Part shown: in pieces, positions 1 to 12,776 of the stretch
Position numbering within the stretch: position 1 is the stretch's first letter
How the letters are laid out: each line of letters opens with the position of its first letter
From: Octopus sinensis
Lineage: Eukaryota
NCBI RefSeq assembly: GCF_006345805.1
Contig: NC_043000.1
Coordinates: forward strand, 141,918,001-141,982,000
Direction of reading: 5' to 3'
Length of the DNA: 64,000 nucleotides
Made by a program: the position numbers and the translations under genes
The notes under the pieces: generated by a model
The model's database searches: none
The model's input: only the letters and a program-made list of their open reading frames with translations
Told to the model about the DNA's origin: nothing

Positions 1-14
1 AAATATAAATATAT

Positions 15-71
<57 letters not shown>

Positions 72-246
72 TGAATTATACCCATATTTATGTGGTATTC
101 AAATGATGTACCAGTGAATTAGATGTTTTACACACCCCGCTGAAGGAATTTTGTCATCAGTTTGTTACTTTATATGTATAAACGTACACACACACACACA
201 CGCACACACACACACACACATGTATATGTATATATATATATATATA

Positions 247-650
247 TCTCATATAATAAAGAACTGCGTGTGTGCGTATTCACTTTTCACATGAAAACGG
301 CTGCGCGAATTGCTCCCGAACCTTGGGATGCATGAAAAATTTCACCTCGGGTGCATCAGAGGATCTTCATATTATTTTTCTAATCAATAATAAATAATAT
401 TGCTTTATGTATATACGTTTCACGTCTTTAAAAATAGCTCTGAATGTCAACTTCCCATATTGACGTAGCAACGGCGAAATTTTCCGTTTTCATTTGCAAT
501 ATCTCTCACTCTCTGTTTTGATGTTTTCATTTCAAGCGTTAATTCACTATTTGCAAATAACTACGATAAATAACTGAAAGAAATACTTACTAATTTCACA
601 AATTTACATATTCGGTACAAGAGCTTTTATTTATATGATTTCTTTCATTT
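247..650 (+). mobile_element. Helitron-like 5' end (non-autonomous or 5' region)
   Basis: TC-start followed by ATATAATAAAG...tgtgtgcgt...AAAACGGCTG, resembling animal Helitron/DINE-type 5' termini and directly following a (TA)n tract. The 3' limit is uncertain. Confidence 0.45.
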
Positions 651-760
651 CATGTTTATTTCATTCATTCTTTGCAATGTTCTTTCTCCCCACCTTTTCT
701 CACACGCACACAAGCCAATCACACATGTACATGTGGGTTTTTGTAATTACGTTTGTAAAG

Positions 761-834
<74 letters not shown>

Positions 835-1339
835 TGTGCGTGTGTGTGTATTTGTGAAGGAGAAAGAGAGAGACAATGTGTGAGTCAGTCAAGAGGTGTG
901 TTGTCAAGTATACGTACATACATAAATACATATTCATATATCTTTTTTGTATTATGTGAGCGACAGAGAGTGAGAGAGAATAGTGATGTCTAAGTGGCAT
1001 TCACACACACACACACACACACACACTCTCTCTCTCTCTCTCACTCTCTCTCTCTCTCACATACACATATACATACAAAACAGATGTATGCATATTTACA
1101 TATGTACGTACATGTACATGACAGCACACCCCTTCTCTTTCTCTCACTCACACGACCATTTCATTTGATGCTTGATACTGTATGTGTATGTGTGTGTGTG
1201 TGTGTGTCTGTGTGTCTGTCTGTCTGTCTGTCTGTGCATGCATGCGTGGGGCATTCCGCAATCACCATTTATTTCAATCACTCTTGTGAAGATATTCACA
1301 AAACTCACGTTTTCATTTAATCCCCATTTCAATTTCTGA

Positions 1340-2400
1340 AAAACTTTCCCAGAACAATTTTCTCACACTCTACAAGAGATGTCGGGGTAGATGTAAATGA
1401 TCAATATCCTACAGTGAAGTAAAGACGAATACAGGTAGCCAGAGTCACTGTTGAATTCTGCAACTCTGTTAACTCTATTAAGTATGATTGCAAATATATA
1501 AACAAAGCTTTAGATGCTGCAACACTTTTATGCAGAATGGCAGTCAGCAGACAAAAAAGACGAAGATGCACAGTAAAACAGAGGAAGATACATCAGCACC
1601 AACGAGGCTTTTTAGTGTATCTTCAATTTTCCTATTTCTGAGGGGCACCCGGCCATCATTCATATGAGTGGCCATCTAGAGAATGACCACAGGGCTCTCT
1701 TTACAAAACAAACAACCTTGGAACAAGTACTTTCTCCAAAAGAAACTACCCTTACTGCCTTTCTAAGTGTCAAGCAGATGAAGATGCAAGAAAACACCTT
1801 TACCCACAATTACCCAAGTATTACACCTGGAGAAACAATAAATTGCACAAAGGAAATGTGGGGGTTGATGATCTTGCAAGAGTTTAAAATGCATCTTCCA
1901 CACATACACACAAGCTAAGCAGAGTGCTACTACTCACGGCTCCTTTTGCATGAAATGCCTGGTCCGAAATCATTCCAAGATTCAAAGAAGGTAAATTTAT
2001 AGGGAAACATGCATCATTAGAAAATGATAAGCATTGAGACCTTGCATTGACGGAAGCATGAGTATCAGATTCTGCAAGGAAACTCAGCAACATCTTTGCA
2101 GTCTCCTACAGCTTTGGGTGAAACATTGTGAGGACATGATTGCGGACTTAAAGTACGCAGTTGAACAGGCAAACCCAGGTATGAATATTCAATTCAATAA
2201 AACAATTTTTAGGCAAGCACTGATTAAAATTGAGAATCAAGTTTTGGCTATGAGAGGTAAAAACATGCAAGAGTTTAGTTATTGACTGCCAAAAACAAAC
2301 CGTCAAATTAGTGATTGAACTTCAAGAGACATAGCAAGAGAGACAAATTATGACATCACAGAATTGGCTGCATTTGTGAGTGAACATAAACAAACTTCTG
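1340..2400 (+). mobile_element. Degenerate Helitron RepHel fragment (Rep C-terminus to start of helicase region)
   Basis: Frame-shifted translation gives Helitron motifs in the expected order: VEFCNSVNSIKY..CKYINK, DE..Q..GRYISTNEAF, FNFPISEGHPAIIHMSGHLEND, ETTLTAF..CQADEDARKHLYPQLPKYYTW, LQLWVKH, NQ(R)ALIKIE..V, RETNYD. It contains many stops and frameshifts. Confidence 0.9.
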
Positions 2401-2451
2401 GCAGAACAACGCTATGCATATAATAAATTTGTTCGTTGATTATTATTATTT

Positions 2452-3420
2452 CTAGCAGATATACCCGACATTGCTTGGAATTAAAACGGCATAGTTTGTA
2501 CATATAGTTTACATTACATTTATGTTGAAACAGATGATACAGAAAAGTGCATTGACGACAAAACATTTGTGGAGTAAATGTTAAAGCTCTGCATGTATGT
2601 CAATTTCAGTTTAGCTCCCCAATTTTGAAAGAATTATAACTTTTTATAAGAATGGAATAGATCATATCTGAAAGTAGCAGCAGGTGTTGTGAAGAACGAA
2701 TTTGTACGTTGTCTGTTTTGGAGAGCTATTCTGCTGGACCTGTGTGTAATCTGGCGATCTAATAGTTGTCTTAAGGATTCAGCATTAAGTAGTACTTCAG
2801 CAGCACGTCTTTGTTAATCTTGGGAAAGCCTTATTTCCGTTCTCACTTGATACTCCATTTGATGGGCTGCAGTATGCCTCCGCTGATCTTGAGAAAGTCT
2901 CATCACCCTTCTGTCTTGAAACTACATTTGATGGGCTGCAGTATGCCTTTGGTGAAGTCTTGGTGCTTCATGCTTCATCAGACATGCTACAATATGCTTT
3001 TGCTGATGCTGAGTAAGTCTCTTCCCCCTTCACTCTTAAGACAGTATCTCACGTGCTGCAGCATGCGCTTGGTGATATTTGGAAAGTGTCATGTCCCTTC
3101 TGTATTGATACTGTCATAACGTGCTTCAAAATACATTTTCTGATCTTGAGAAAGTCTCATGCTCTTTATATCTCGAGTCTATCGCCATCGGTTTTCTGCA
3201 CTCCTCCTTGCTTTATAAGTGTTTCTGGAGAGAATACGTTTTTCCTTTGGGTGCATATTTTTTAACCAAAAATGATGTACATAGAAAAAATATTCATTAA
3301 TATCTATTTTTATAAGCAGTTGTATGAATGTAATATGTATATATTTTAATCGAGTATTATGGTATGTATATTATAGTCTACCATCGAATTGCATTCTCCT
3401 TTTAATAACATAATTAAATT
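2452..3420 (-). mobile_element. Internally deleted Helitron: RepHel N-terminal repeats joined to a 3' hairpin/CTAG end
   Basis: The minus strand encodes degenerate 'RLSQDQRRHTAAHQ' charged repeats (about 63-bp tandem unit at 2810-3180) and an AATFRYD...IGE(L)..C..C region typical of the Helitron N-terminus. It ends in ccaagcaatgtcgggtatatctgCTAG (CTAG at 2452-2455). The 5' limit is uncertain. Confidence 0.8.
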
Positions 3421-4379
3421 TTTACGCGCGCGCGCTCACGCAATCACACGCACACGCACACACACATCCCTACAGACAGATAGACAGACACCCATATATA
3501 CAATTATATATATACTTATAAATAAAACATAAATATATATATATATATTTAATTGTTCCATATATACAGATATACGCACACACACTAACACACACACGCA
3601 CACACACACACATATATATTTAATTGTCGTATATATATATCTACACATACACATACATATATATATGAGGTATATTTCTTTGTTGTTGTGAATCTGCCTA
3701 TGTGTATGTTTGTGCTTTAAAAAACGTATACTCGATAAGGAATTGTGTATAACTATATACATAATCATGTTTTCGTTGCTGTATGTATATGTGTTTACAG
3801 TATAATAAAATAAACTATTCTAAATATTTGTACATTATATTGGATTAATTTAGTTCTATAATACCTAATGTCTATTCTGATTAATTTCGTTGTACAAAAA
3901 TTCTCCAAGGAATTCGTGAACACGTTCTGAAAAGCCACTATATCGTAAATTCTTCAATTAAGAAGTGTTACGTCAACTTAAAATTATATAAAAATAAGAT
4001 AATAATGGCTTCGTAATATAATAGTGATAAATACATTAACAGTGATATAGTCGCTAGAAGTTAATATTATACTCATTAATATAACGGCAACTAATACCAA
4101 ACACCTATATTGCTAAATTTGTTATGATTCTGGCTGATTTTACTATTTGAAATTTTGAAACGATCCAAACCTGGGGTGGTTTATTGTTCGTATTATCATT
4201 TAGGGGTCAGAAAAATAACTATAACTTTTCTGATCAGCTAACGTTTTTTTATACAATCATAAGGTGTATGCGTTTGTTCGTATATTAGAAAGTACTAATT
4301 GCAACACCAAGCGTATTTTTGTATGCTATAAGACAGTGGAATACTTGTTTGTGGTTTTGCATTTTTTATGTTATCGAGA

Positions 4380-5740
4380 GTAATATGTATATAATATATA
4401 ATATATTAGCAATGTCTAAAAGTGTCAAATTATTTATCTTATATGTATTTGTAAATGCTCAAATTTCTGTGAGGTGTTTTGACCGTATATTTTGTAATGC
4501 CGATATTAAAGGGTTACTGGGTTTCCAGTCACCAGTCATTGAATATTTCTAGTAACGTATCTGTCTTTCTTCCAAAGTGATACTAGCATCTGTTGGAACT
4601 GTTTCTTTGATTAAGAATTATTTCTATTTCTGTTTCTTGTGGAAAACAATATAATCTTGATCTCCCTGTATATGTTGATAATTTTAATTATGTTGGTACA
4701 TCATAATGCTAACATAACTTCCATGCTTGCGGTTCTATTCGTTCTTATTTAAGAATTGCCAAACAAAAGTAACCAGTTAATTGTTTCTTCCTCATTTTCG
4801 CACACAATAACATATTCTATAGCTGCTTCATGCTTTCTGCTTGAATAAACCTGTCAAGTAGTTCCTGGTTTGAAGGCTTTAATCTTGTAACGAAATCAAA
4901 AGTTCTCTCCCAGCTTTGTGTGTGTTTATCTCAGTTCAGTTGTTTTAGGAATTCACGTGTTGGAGTCTTTCTTGTCATCGATGTATCATGGCTTTATGTA
5001 CCACTGTTGTTGATTTAGGGACTAGCTTTTACATTAGTTGACTCTGTTATTGTTTCTCCTTCACAAACGCCTGCAACCTTCGCGTGTATTCTTTTTAATT
5101 GGTTGCTTCTTTGAGAACTGTAAGATTTTATTTTGTTCATGTTAAGACGCTCTTTGTATTAACTTATACTATTTTTACTTAAAAAATTTGCAGTTCTGTA
5201 GCGGATATATTATAACAATTTCCTTGCTGTATTATGTCACGAACACTGCCTTACCGGTAAATATAATCCTTATACGTTAGATATAAAATGATCTTTTTCA
5301 AATTCAGTTATTATTTATTTTCATGTCTTGACATTATTTCATTTAGGAGCAAATGAAAATGCGCAAAGAACATCAATGCATACTGAATTTAGTTCTTCGT
5401 AACACATTAAAAACTTTTTTATAGTACATTTCATTGCTTCCTAAATATCTGTAAGTCGCTTTCGGTAGGTATCACGATATAATGTTACTGATTTAAATGT
5501 ATTTTCTCTTCTTTCCCTTATATAAATTCCAGTTATATATCTGTATAATCTCTGAAGTAATATTTTTAGTTGTTCTACTCCCGAAATAGTACAATTTCTT
5601 TCCGACTGCACTAGAAGTTTTAGGGGTCTATTTCTGCAACATATAATTCTAGGTCGTCAATTTACAACATGTGGTTCTTTTCCCTACCACAACTAATTTT
5701 TTCGTATTCAGTTTTGCTTAACTTGTCGCCTGCATGTCGT
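4380..5740 (-). mobile_element. Highly degenerate R4/Dong-type (RLE) non-LTR retrotransposon, 3' part
   Basis: Minus-strand remnants align to the 12.8-17 kb element: HML*IDDLELY (YMDD), TYRYLG, GLYLP, CENEEETIN (zinc knuckle), FLIKETVPTD...KY (RLE), TYKINNLTLLDIANIL (C-terminus). Confidence 0.75.
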
Positions 5741-5799
5741 AACTTACCTAACACTTGTGAGGATTTCTTAACGCACAGGCTTTGATTCAAAGAATTTTT

Positions 5800-6021
5800 A
5801 TGGCCTAGTGGTTAGGGCAGCGGACTTGCGGTCGGAGGATCGCGGCTTCGATTCCCAGACCGGGCGTTGTGTGTGTTTATTGAGCGAAAAACACCTAAAA
5901 GCTCCACGAGGCTCCGGCAGGAGGTGGTGATCCCTGCTGTACTCTTTCACCACTCTAAAAGGCGGTGCTCCAGCATGGCCGCAGTCAAATGACTGAAACA
6001 AGTACAAAAAAAAAAAAAAAA
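5800..6021 (+). mobile_element. tRNA-derived SINE (family B head plus family A tail) with poly(A)
   Basis: A-box-like TGGCCTAGTGG and B-box-like GGCTTCGATTCC. The 3' part GGCGGTGCTCCAGCATGGCCGCAGTCAAATGACTGAAACAAGTA matches the tail of the family A copies. A 16-A run follows at 6006-6021. Confidence 0.85.
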
Positions 6022-6962
6022 TCATATACTCTACTGTCTAACTCAGTCTTTATTCTCGCCTATCAAGCGGTCGAGGAATGTTATCGCGGAAGTCCATTCT
6101 AAGCATATATTATTGTAATGTAAGTCAAATTTGGCGAAGTTATTACTCGTTCAGAATTATTTGATTGGACATTTTGTTGTAGAAAATCCCTGAGAAATGT
6201 ATTCAAATTCTTAAACCCCTTTGTTTTCATTATAGTTCATTGCAAGAGGATACAAACTAGTATAATTTAAATAACTTTTCCTCACCGCCCTTTTTACGGG
6301 TAATAAATATATTTTCTCTGGAGAATAATTGATTTAAATACTTCAACGTATGCATTCTATTGTAATACTTGAGAGAGGATTTTCTGTTTATTACACAGTT
6401 TATTTGTCAACTATCAGTGTTTTCGTAATCAATTTGAAAATCCATTGCACGGGTGATTAGCCCATTCAACTTCACCAGAAAGGGCCAGAAAGGGGGACAT
6501 TCATGGCAGAGTATAAGTACAGAAGCCAAAAATTATGAAGCATGGAATTCAACCATAAGTGGCCTATACTCCGCGTTGGAGGGTTAAAGGCATAAAAAAG
6601 AAAAAAATACAGTTTATATTATCTCTTTATCTTTATTCAGATCTATAAACTCCGTGCACTGTTTTGTTTTTCCGGGGCTTAGACTTCTCAGTGATTAGGT
6701 ATCGTTGTTTGATGTTTTATATCCAAGAACATTACATGTGAACCTTTAACAAGCACTCCATATATCAGCAGTGCGTTTCGAAATGTTAGTACATTCTCAT
6801 TTTGCGTCTCATTACATATTAAAATAAAATAACTTCAGTTGCATACGACATTACTTAGTGATATTGATTGTTAGGATGTGGCATAACTATATTCTTCGAT
6901 GTGAATGTATATGGTGGCAGACTTTGATTTTAAACATGACTTGTACGGTGTTTAAATTTAAT

Positions 6963-7182
6963 ACTCTTTTACTCTTTTACTTGTTTCAGTCATTTGACTG
7001 CGGCCACGCTGGAGCACCGCCTTTAGTCGAGCAAATCGACCCCGGGACTTATTCTTTGTAAGCCCAGTACTTATTCTATCGGTCTCTTTTGCCGAACCGC
7101 TAAGTGACGGTGACGTAAACACACCAGCATCGGTTGTCAAGCAATGCTAGGGGGACAAACACAGACACACAAACATACACAC

Positions 7183-7213
<31 letters not shown>

Positions 7214-7380
7214 CATATATACGACAGGCTTCTTTCAGTTTCCGTCTACCAAATCCACTCACAAGGCATTGGTCGGCTCGGAGCTATAGCAGAAGACACT
7301 TTCCCAAGATGCCACGCAGTGCGATTGAACCCGGAACCATGTGGTTGGTTAGCAAGCTACTTACCACACAGCCACTACTC
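6963..7380 (-). mobile_element. tRNA-derived SINE family A (about 420 bp, internal microsatellite, (GTAAAAGA)n tail)
   Basis: Reverse complement of the copies at 10307, 38981 and 50171. It has a GGTTCAATCGC/GGTTCAGTCCC B-box-like head and a central (TA)n(TG)n. Confidence 0.92.
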
Positions 7381-8209
7381 ATAATAGAAATAATGTTTTT
7401 TAAAAAATCAACGGAATAATTAAGGCAAGTTTAAAGTTGTCAATGAGTTCACTGTAGATATTAATTATATAAATATCATAGCCTTATGATAGTCGAATGA
7501 GAATGAAAGACGAATTCAATAGAATGTACATGTTCCATGTAAGATGTTTGCTACGAACTTATATAATGAGAATCTCATTCTAAACATCTTAAAGTATCGG
7601 TCGAAGATCTAAATGTTAGATATAATTTTTTCGCAAACGTCACCACTTCGGTCAATATCTGTTCAAACACTGGGACATGTTACTAATAATTAATAACTAT
7701 TCCCGAGGTGCAACTAAATTCTCTCCGTTTCTCACGCCGGCCATGAACCAGTAGGTGACATTATTTACCATTTATTCCACCGAACAGAAGTGCCAAGTAA
7801 TTACACAAACAAATCTCATTTTCCAGCTTTTACCATATAACTGTTTTGATATAATGGAAAATTCTAAAAATTATTTGGCACCAGCTAAAATTGCAGCCTC
7901 GAAATCTGAAGTCACTCTGAATTAGTATCATTAATATATTATGAGTTATGCCCCTTGTCTTCATCTTGACTCATTACGCAATTCCGGAAAATTCGAATTG
8001 CACGAGTGACAAGAACAAGCTATTGACGTTTTCAACAGATTGTGCAAGAACATATATATATATATATATATATACACAGATTTACACATATACATACACA
8101 CATATATACACCTCTTATAATAATATTGTTTTATCGTGGAAAGACTGCCATTCAATATATCTGTCTATGTATGTATTGAGTTCATGAATTTTCGTCTAGT
8201 CTATATCAA

Positions 8210-8339
8210 TAAACAACTATATATACGTTGACAGAGATAAACATATACACACGTGCATACATAAATACACGTGCACACATATACAGGTGGACATAATAAT
8301 ATTGATACATAAACGCACACGCATGCATATATATATATA

Positions 8340-8374
<35 letters not shown>

Positions 8375-8389
8375 CATATATATACATAT

Positions 8390-8487
<98 letters not shown>

Positions 8488-8524
8488 GTATATATATATA
8501 TATGTATTTATTTATATCTATATA

Positions 8525-8557
<33 letters not shown>

Positions 8558-8560
8558 CAT
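8210..8560. repeat. Interrupted (TA)n microsatellite
   Basis: Directly visible. Confidence 0.95.
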
Positions 8561-9307
8561 ACATCGGCACATACGAATATACATGCATACGTAATTACTC
8601 GGGCATATACGCATATATATTTTGAATTAAACCGTACTGTTCTATAAACACATGGTAGTTTATGGGTTGTACTTACTGATGTCTGGGACGTATGAAGTGT
8701 GATAAAAGTGCCGTGTGAATTTGCACGAACTTATTATTCATTCATAAACCTATATTTAAACGATGGTTGATATTTTACCTATCGAAGTATTCTTTAAGAG
8801 TAGTCGGCAATATGAATATCGATCGGGAAATAGTTGTAATAACGGCTACTGAATAATGTAAAACGTAATAAGACAGGATGCAGTAGATAGGATGAAACAG
8901 ATGGAGAGAAAACAAATGAAGACAGATGGAAGAGAAAGAGTGCAAAGAAAGAGAAATAGAGAGAACGTAAGACTTGATAGGGATGAGTACGTAAGAGGTC
9001 CATTCAGTCATATATATATACAAGCTCTTCATATGTGTGCGTGTGTATGTGTGTGTGTGCGCGCGAACGAGCAGTGTGTTTGTGTTTGTGTGTGTGTGAG
9101 CGCGCGTATGACTGTGAGCAGGCAGGATGTGTGTGGTGTGTTGTATGTAGTATGAAGGTGAACGTCTATGCGTGATGCCTAGCGAGAAAACGTGGTAACG
9201 AGGGAAGGAAAACTTAAGATATATTGAAACAAATATGAAGCGGATAGCTTCTACTTACATATAACTTCCTACGTACCTACTTACATATATTCATACATAT
9301 ACATGTG

Positions 9308-9347
<40 letters not shown>

Positions 9348-9361
9348 TATATAATATATAT

Positions 9362-9405
<44 letters not shown>

Positions 9406-9464
9406 GAAAGAAATATATATATATAGAGAGAGAAAATATGAGGAGTTTATATATAGTTTACACA

Positions 9465-9730
9465 GAGACAGTTGACCCAGTGGTTAAATATTGCATTCAA
9501 AATCGTGTGATCACGATTTCTATTCCCCGTCAGGTTCTACTTTGTGATGCTTATAAAAGCACCTCATTTCACATTGTCGCAGTCCATTAAGCTGCATGTT
9601 GGCTACCTTGCAACGGACTAGCATCGCGTTCAGACGGAGCGTTAGCGCGCCTGCCTATCCAGTGGAGTGGCCTCATTTGATAGCTAAAATACCTTGAAGC
9701 GCATGGTGGCAAGCGGCGCATAAGAATATC
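9465..9730 (+). mobile_element. Degenerate tRNA-derived SINE (family B-like head, V-domain-like core)
   Basis: Decayed head (cagtggttaa...gatttctattcc) followed by GGCTACCTTGCAACGGACTAGCATCGCGTTCAG, which resembles the V-SINE central domain as I recall it. Confidence 0.45.
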
Positions 9731-9784
9731 CAGAAGCCTGGTTGATACAATAATACCGTGATATATGTACACACTTATATATGC

Positions 9785-9817
<33 letters not shown>

Positions 9818-10306
9818 TGTATGTATGTATGTATGTATGTATGTATGTATATATATATATATATATATATACACATAGATACATATTTATATGCGCATGT
9901 GTAAACGTTCGAATATAATACTCGACTGTCCTCTTACCTCCAGACAATAAACCTCTCATCTTTCTAATGGCATGTTAGTTATCTCCCTTTTCACACAGCG
10001 CTCTCCGTACCATTTGGTAGTTTTGATACATCTTATGGATACAAAGATAGTTCAAGTAAACCAAGCAATTACATTGTATGATATTTGATATATTTATTTG
10101 TCTATGCTGTTCAAGAACATCCTGCTGATTTCCTTGACGTATCTACTAAAAGAGATGTTTTTCTTTCCGATGTATTTTTCATTTTTTGTGTCAGGTAACT
10201 TGCGAATATTCCAACAACCAGCCTTGGGATTCATGTTGGAATTTGCATTTTGCAGATATTGTGAGGTACAAGCATTATGTACTCGAAATATATTCAAGAT
10301 CAATTT

Positions 10307-10818
<512 letters not shown>

Positions 10819-11454
10819 TTAAGTTAGAAATGAATTATATCCATCAGAGTAATGACTTGTTCTTCCAGAAAGTCCAGTGGAGATGTGAGAATGGTGACCC
10901 ATATGTGTTTAACATTGACAGGTTTTATTGTTTTGTTCACATCGTGTCCAAAAATGACCATGTTCAACAAATGAGTTTGATATGGTTGTCTCTTTTGCCG
11001 CCCAACATCCTGACTATGAAACTGGTTGTACATGGTTAAATGTTAAAAGTGGCACTCAAGAAATGGAGTGAAACGAAATAGGAACTGTATGATCTGGTCA
11101 GCAGAATTATTGTTTTTTGTTGTTGCTCTTTTTAGTTTCTTTATGATTGTTCTTTATTGAATCTAATGTTGTCTTGGCATCTTTTGCTGAATTTGTAATT
11201 TTGTTGCCATTTATATTTCCGTTGCCGCCGTTATGGTTGCTACGTTTAAGGCAAGAAGTGTTTCTCGAACACTGAGGTTTTGATACTGGTCACCAATACA
11301 AATCTCCCTATTAAAGCCAAAATATTTCATGGAAGGGTTACAGACATGATGGAGAGGGTGAACGTATTTATTCAAGTTAGATTATTTTGTCTGAAAGATA
11401 TGGTTGAGAACTTAATATTATGCAGGTTTGAAAACCAGGAAAACCTCGATATAT

Positions 11455-11600
11455 ATATTGGTATTGTCCTGAGACGTTTTTCGTTCTGAATTGAAGTCCA
11501 GCCTATGTCATTTTGACTAAAATCATTTCGGAGTTGATAAAATATAGTACCAGTAGTGTACTGGGTTAGATGATATCCACTAAGAACCGTCCCTAAAAAC
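11455..11600 (+). mobile_element. Degenerate family C (Meta-domain-like) SINE
   Basis: ttcggagttgataaaatatagtaccagtagtgtactggg resembles TTTCGGGGTCGATAAATTAAGTACCAGTTGCGTACTGG of the copies at 22446 and 53296. Confidence 0.5.
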
Positions 11601-12387
11601 TTCTATCATTTAGCATAAATCAGAAACAGTTATTGGGCAAGCATAAAAAAAAAATTGGTAACAATTTCCCGCTTGGCGAGTAACAACATAGAAGAATCCA
11701 TCCTCGACTTTTACCACAATGGTGTAGGCACTGTTTCACAATTACTATAATCCGATGTTAATCACATGGAACCTTCGTACATAAAATAGACTTAATGCAG
11801 CACCTAGCATATTAACTGTTTCTGATGTTCCAAACACCCAACAGTGAACATCAAACGCACTTAACCAACACACTCAACAACTGAAACCTAGCACAAAACA
11901 CATAGAATGAGTATTGTAATTGTCCTTCACAAATCACAAAAGAATCGAAAGAAAGTGCGCAAAATTGAAGCGCAGCGCAAAATTTCATACCAAACACAAC
12001 TAATAATTTTTGCTAAAGAAAGGAAATAACGATTGTATAATAATATATTAGATCGAACACAGGCTATTATTCCTCTGCTAATTCAGCTGCCCCTAATCTC
12101 CTCATAACAAGCCACAATAAACTGCAAAAACACAGGATAGCATACTAAGCCTAACAAAACGTATACGCACACCGATACCCCATACGTACTTCCCCAAGGA
12201 ACGAATGCATAAAATTGAAAGACTACATTGCAGAGGAAAAATAAGGATAATGGATATGTGATGCGAATAAAAGGAAAGAGAAACAGTTTTCAGAAAACGG
12301 GTTATGATTGTTAGAATAAAGGAGATGGTAAACGAATATGAGCAGATTCCCTTCGATAATACTTAACATTATATTATAGTAACACCA

Positions 12388-12388
12388 A

Positions 12389-12452
<64 letters not shown>

Positions 12453-12461
12453 ATAATAATG

Positions 12462-12493
<32 letters not shown>

Positions 12494-12644
12494 AATAACA
12501 ATAATGAGGAGGAGGAGGAGGTGCAGGAGAGGAGAAAAGTAGAATGATGATAATTTCAAACAATAATGATATTAGTGATTTATAGTGTAAGCATCATCAA
12601 CATTATGAAAGTTGTTGTAGTTGTTGTTGTTTTTGTTGTTGTTT

Positions 12645-12676
<32 letters not shown>

Positions 12677-12698
12677 CTTCTTCTTCTTCTTCTTCTTC

Positions 12699-12742
<44 letters not shown>

Positions 12743-12770
12743 ATTATTATTAATATTATTATTATTATTT
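12388..12770. repeat. Compound trinucleotide array (ATT)n(AAT)n(GGA)n...(GTT)n(CTT)n(ATT)n
   Basis: Directly visible. The right part forms the (TAA)n 3' flank of the LINE on the minus strand. Confidence 0.95.
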
Positions 12771-12776
12771 AGTAGT

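Noticed and set aside
5800-5870. tRNA gene-like sequences (also at the other SINE heads)
   Set aside because: A and B boxes are present, but they run into repeated SINE bodies and lack a full cloverleaf.
6420-6590. Possible piggyBac-type right end (…GGAGGG|TTAA)
   Set aside because: No matching left TTAA|CCCT end or transposase remnant was found nearby.
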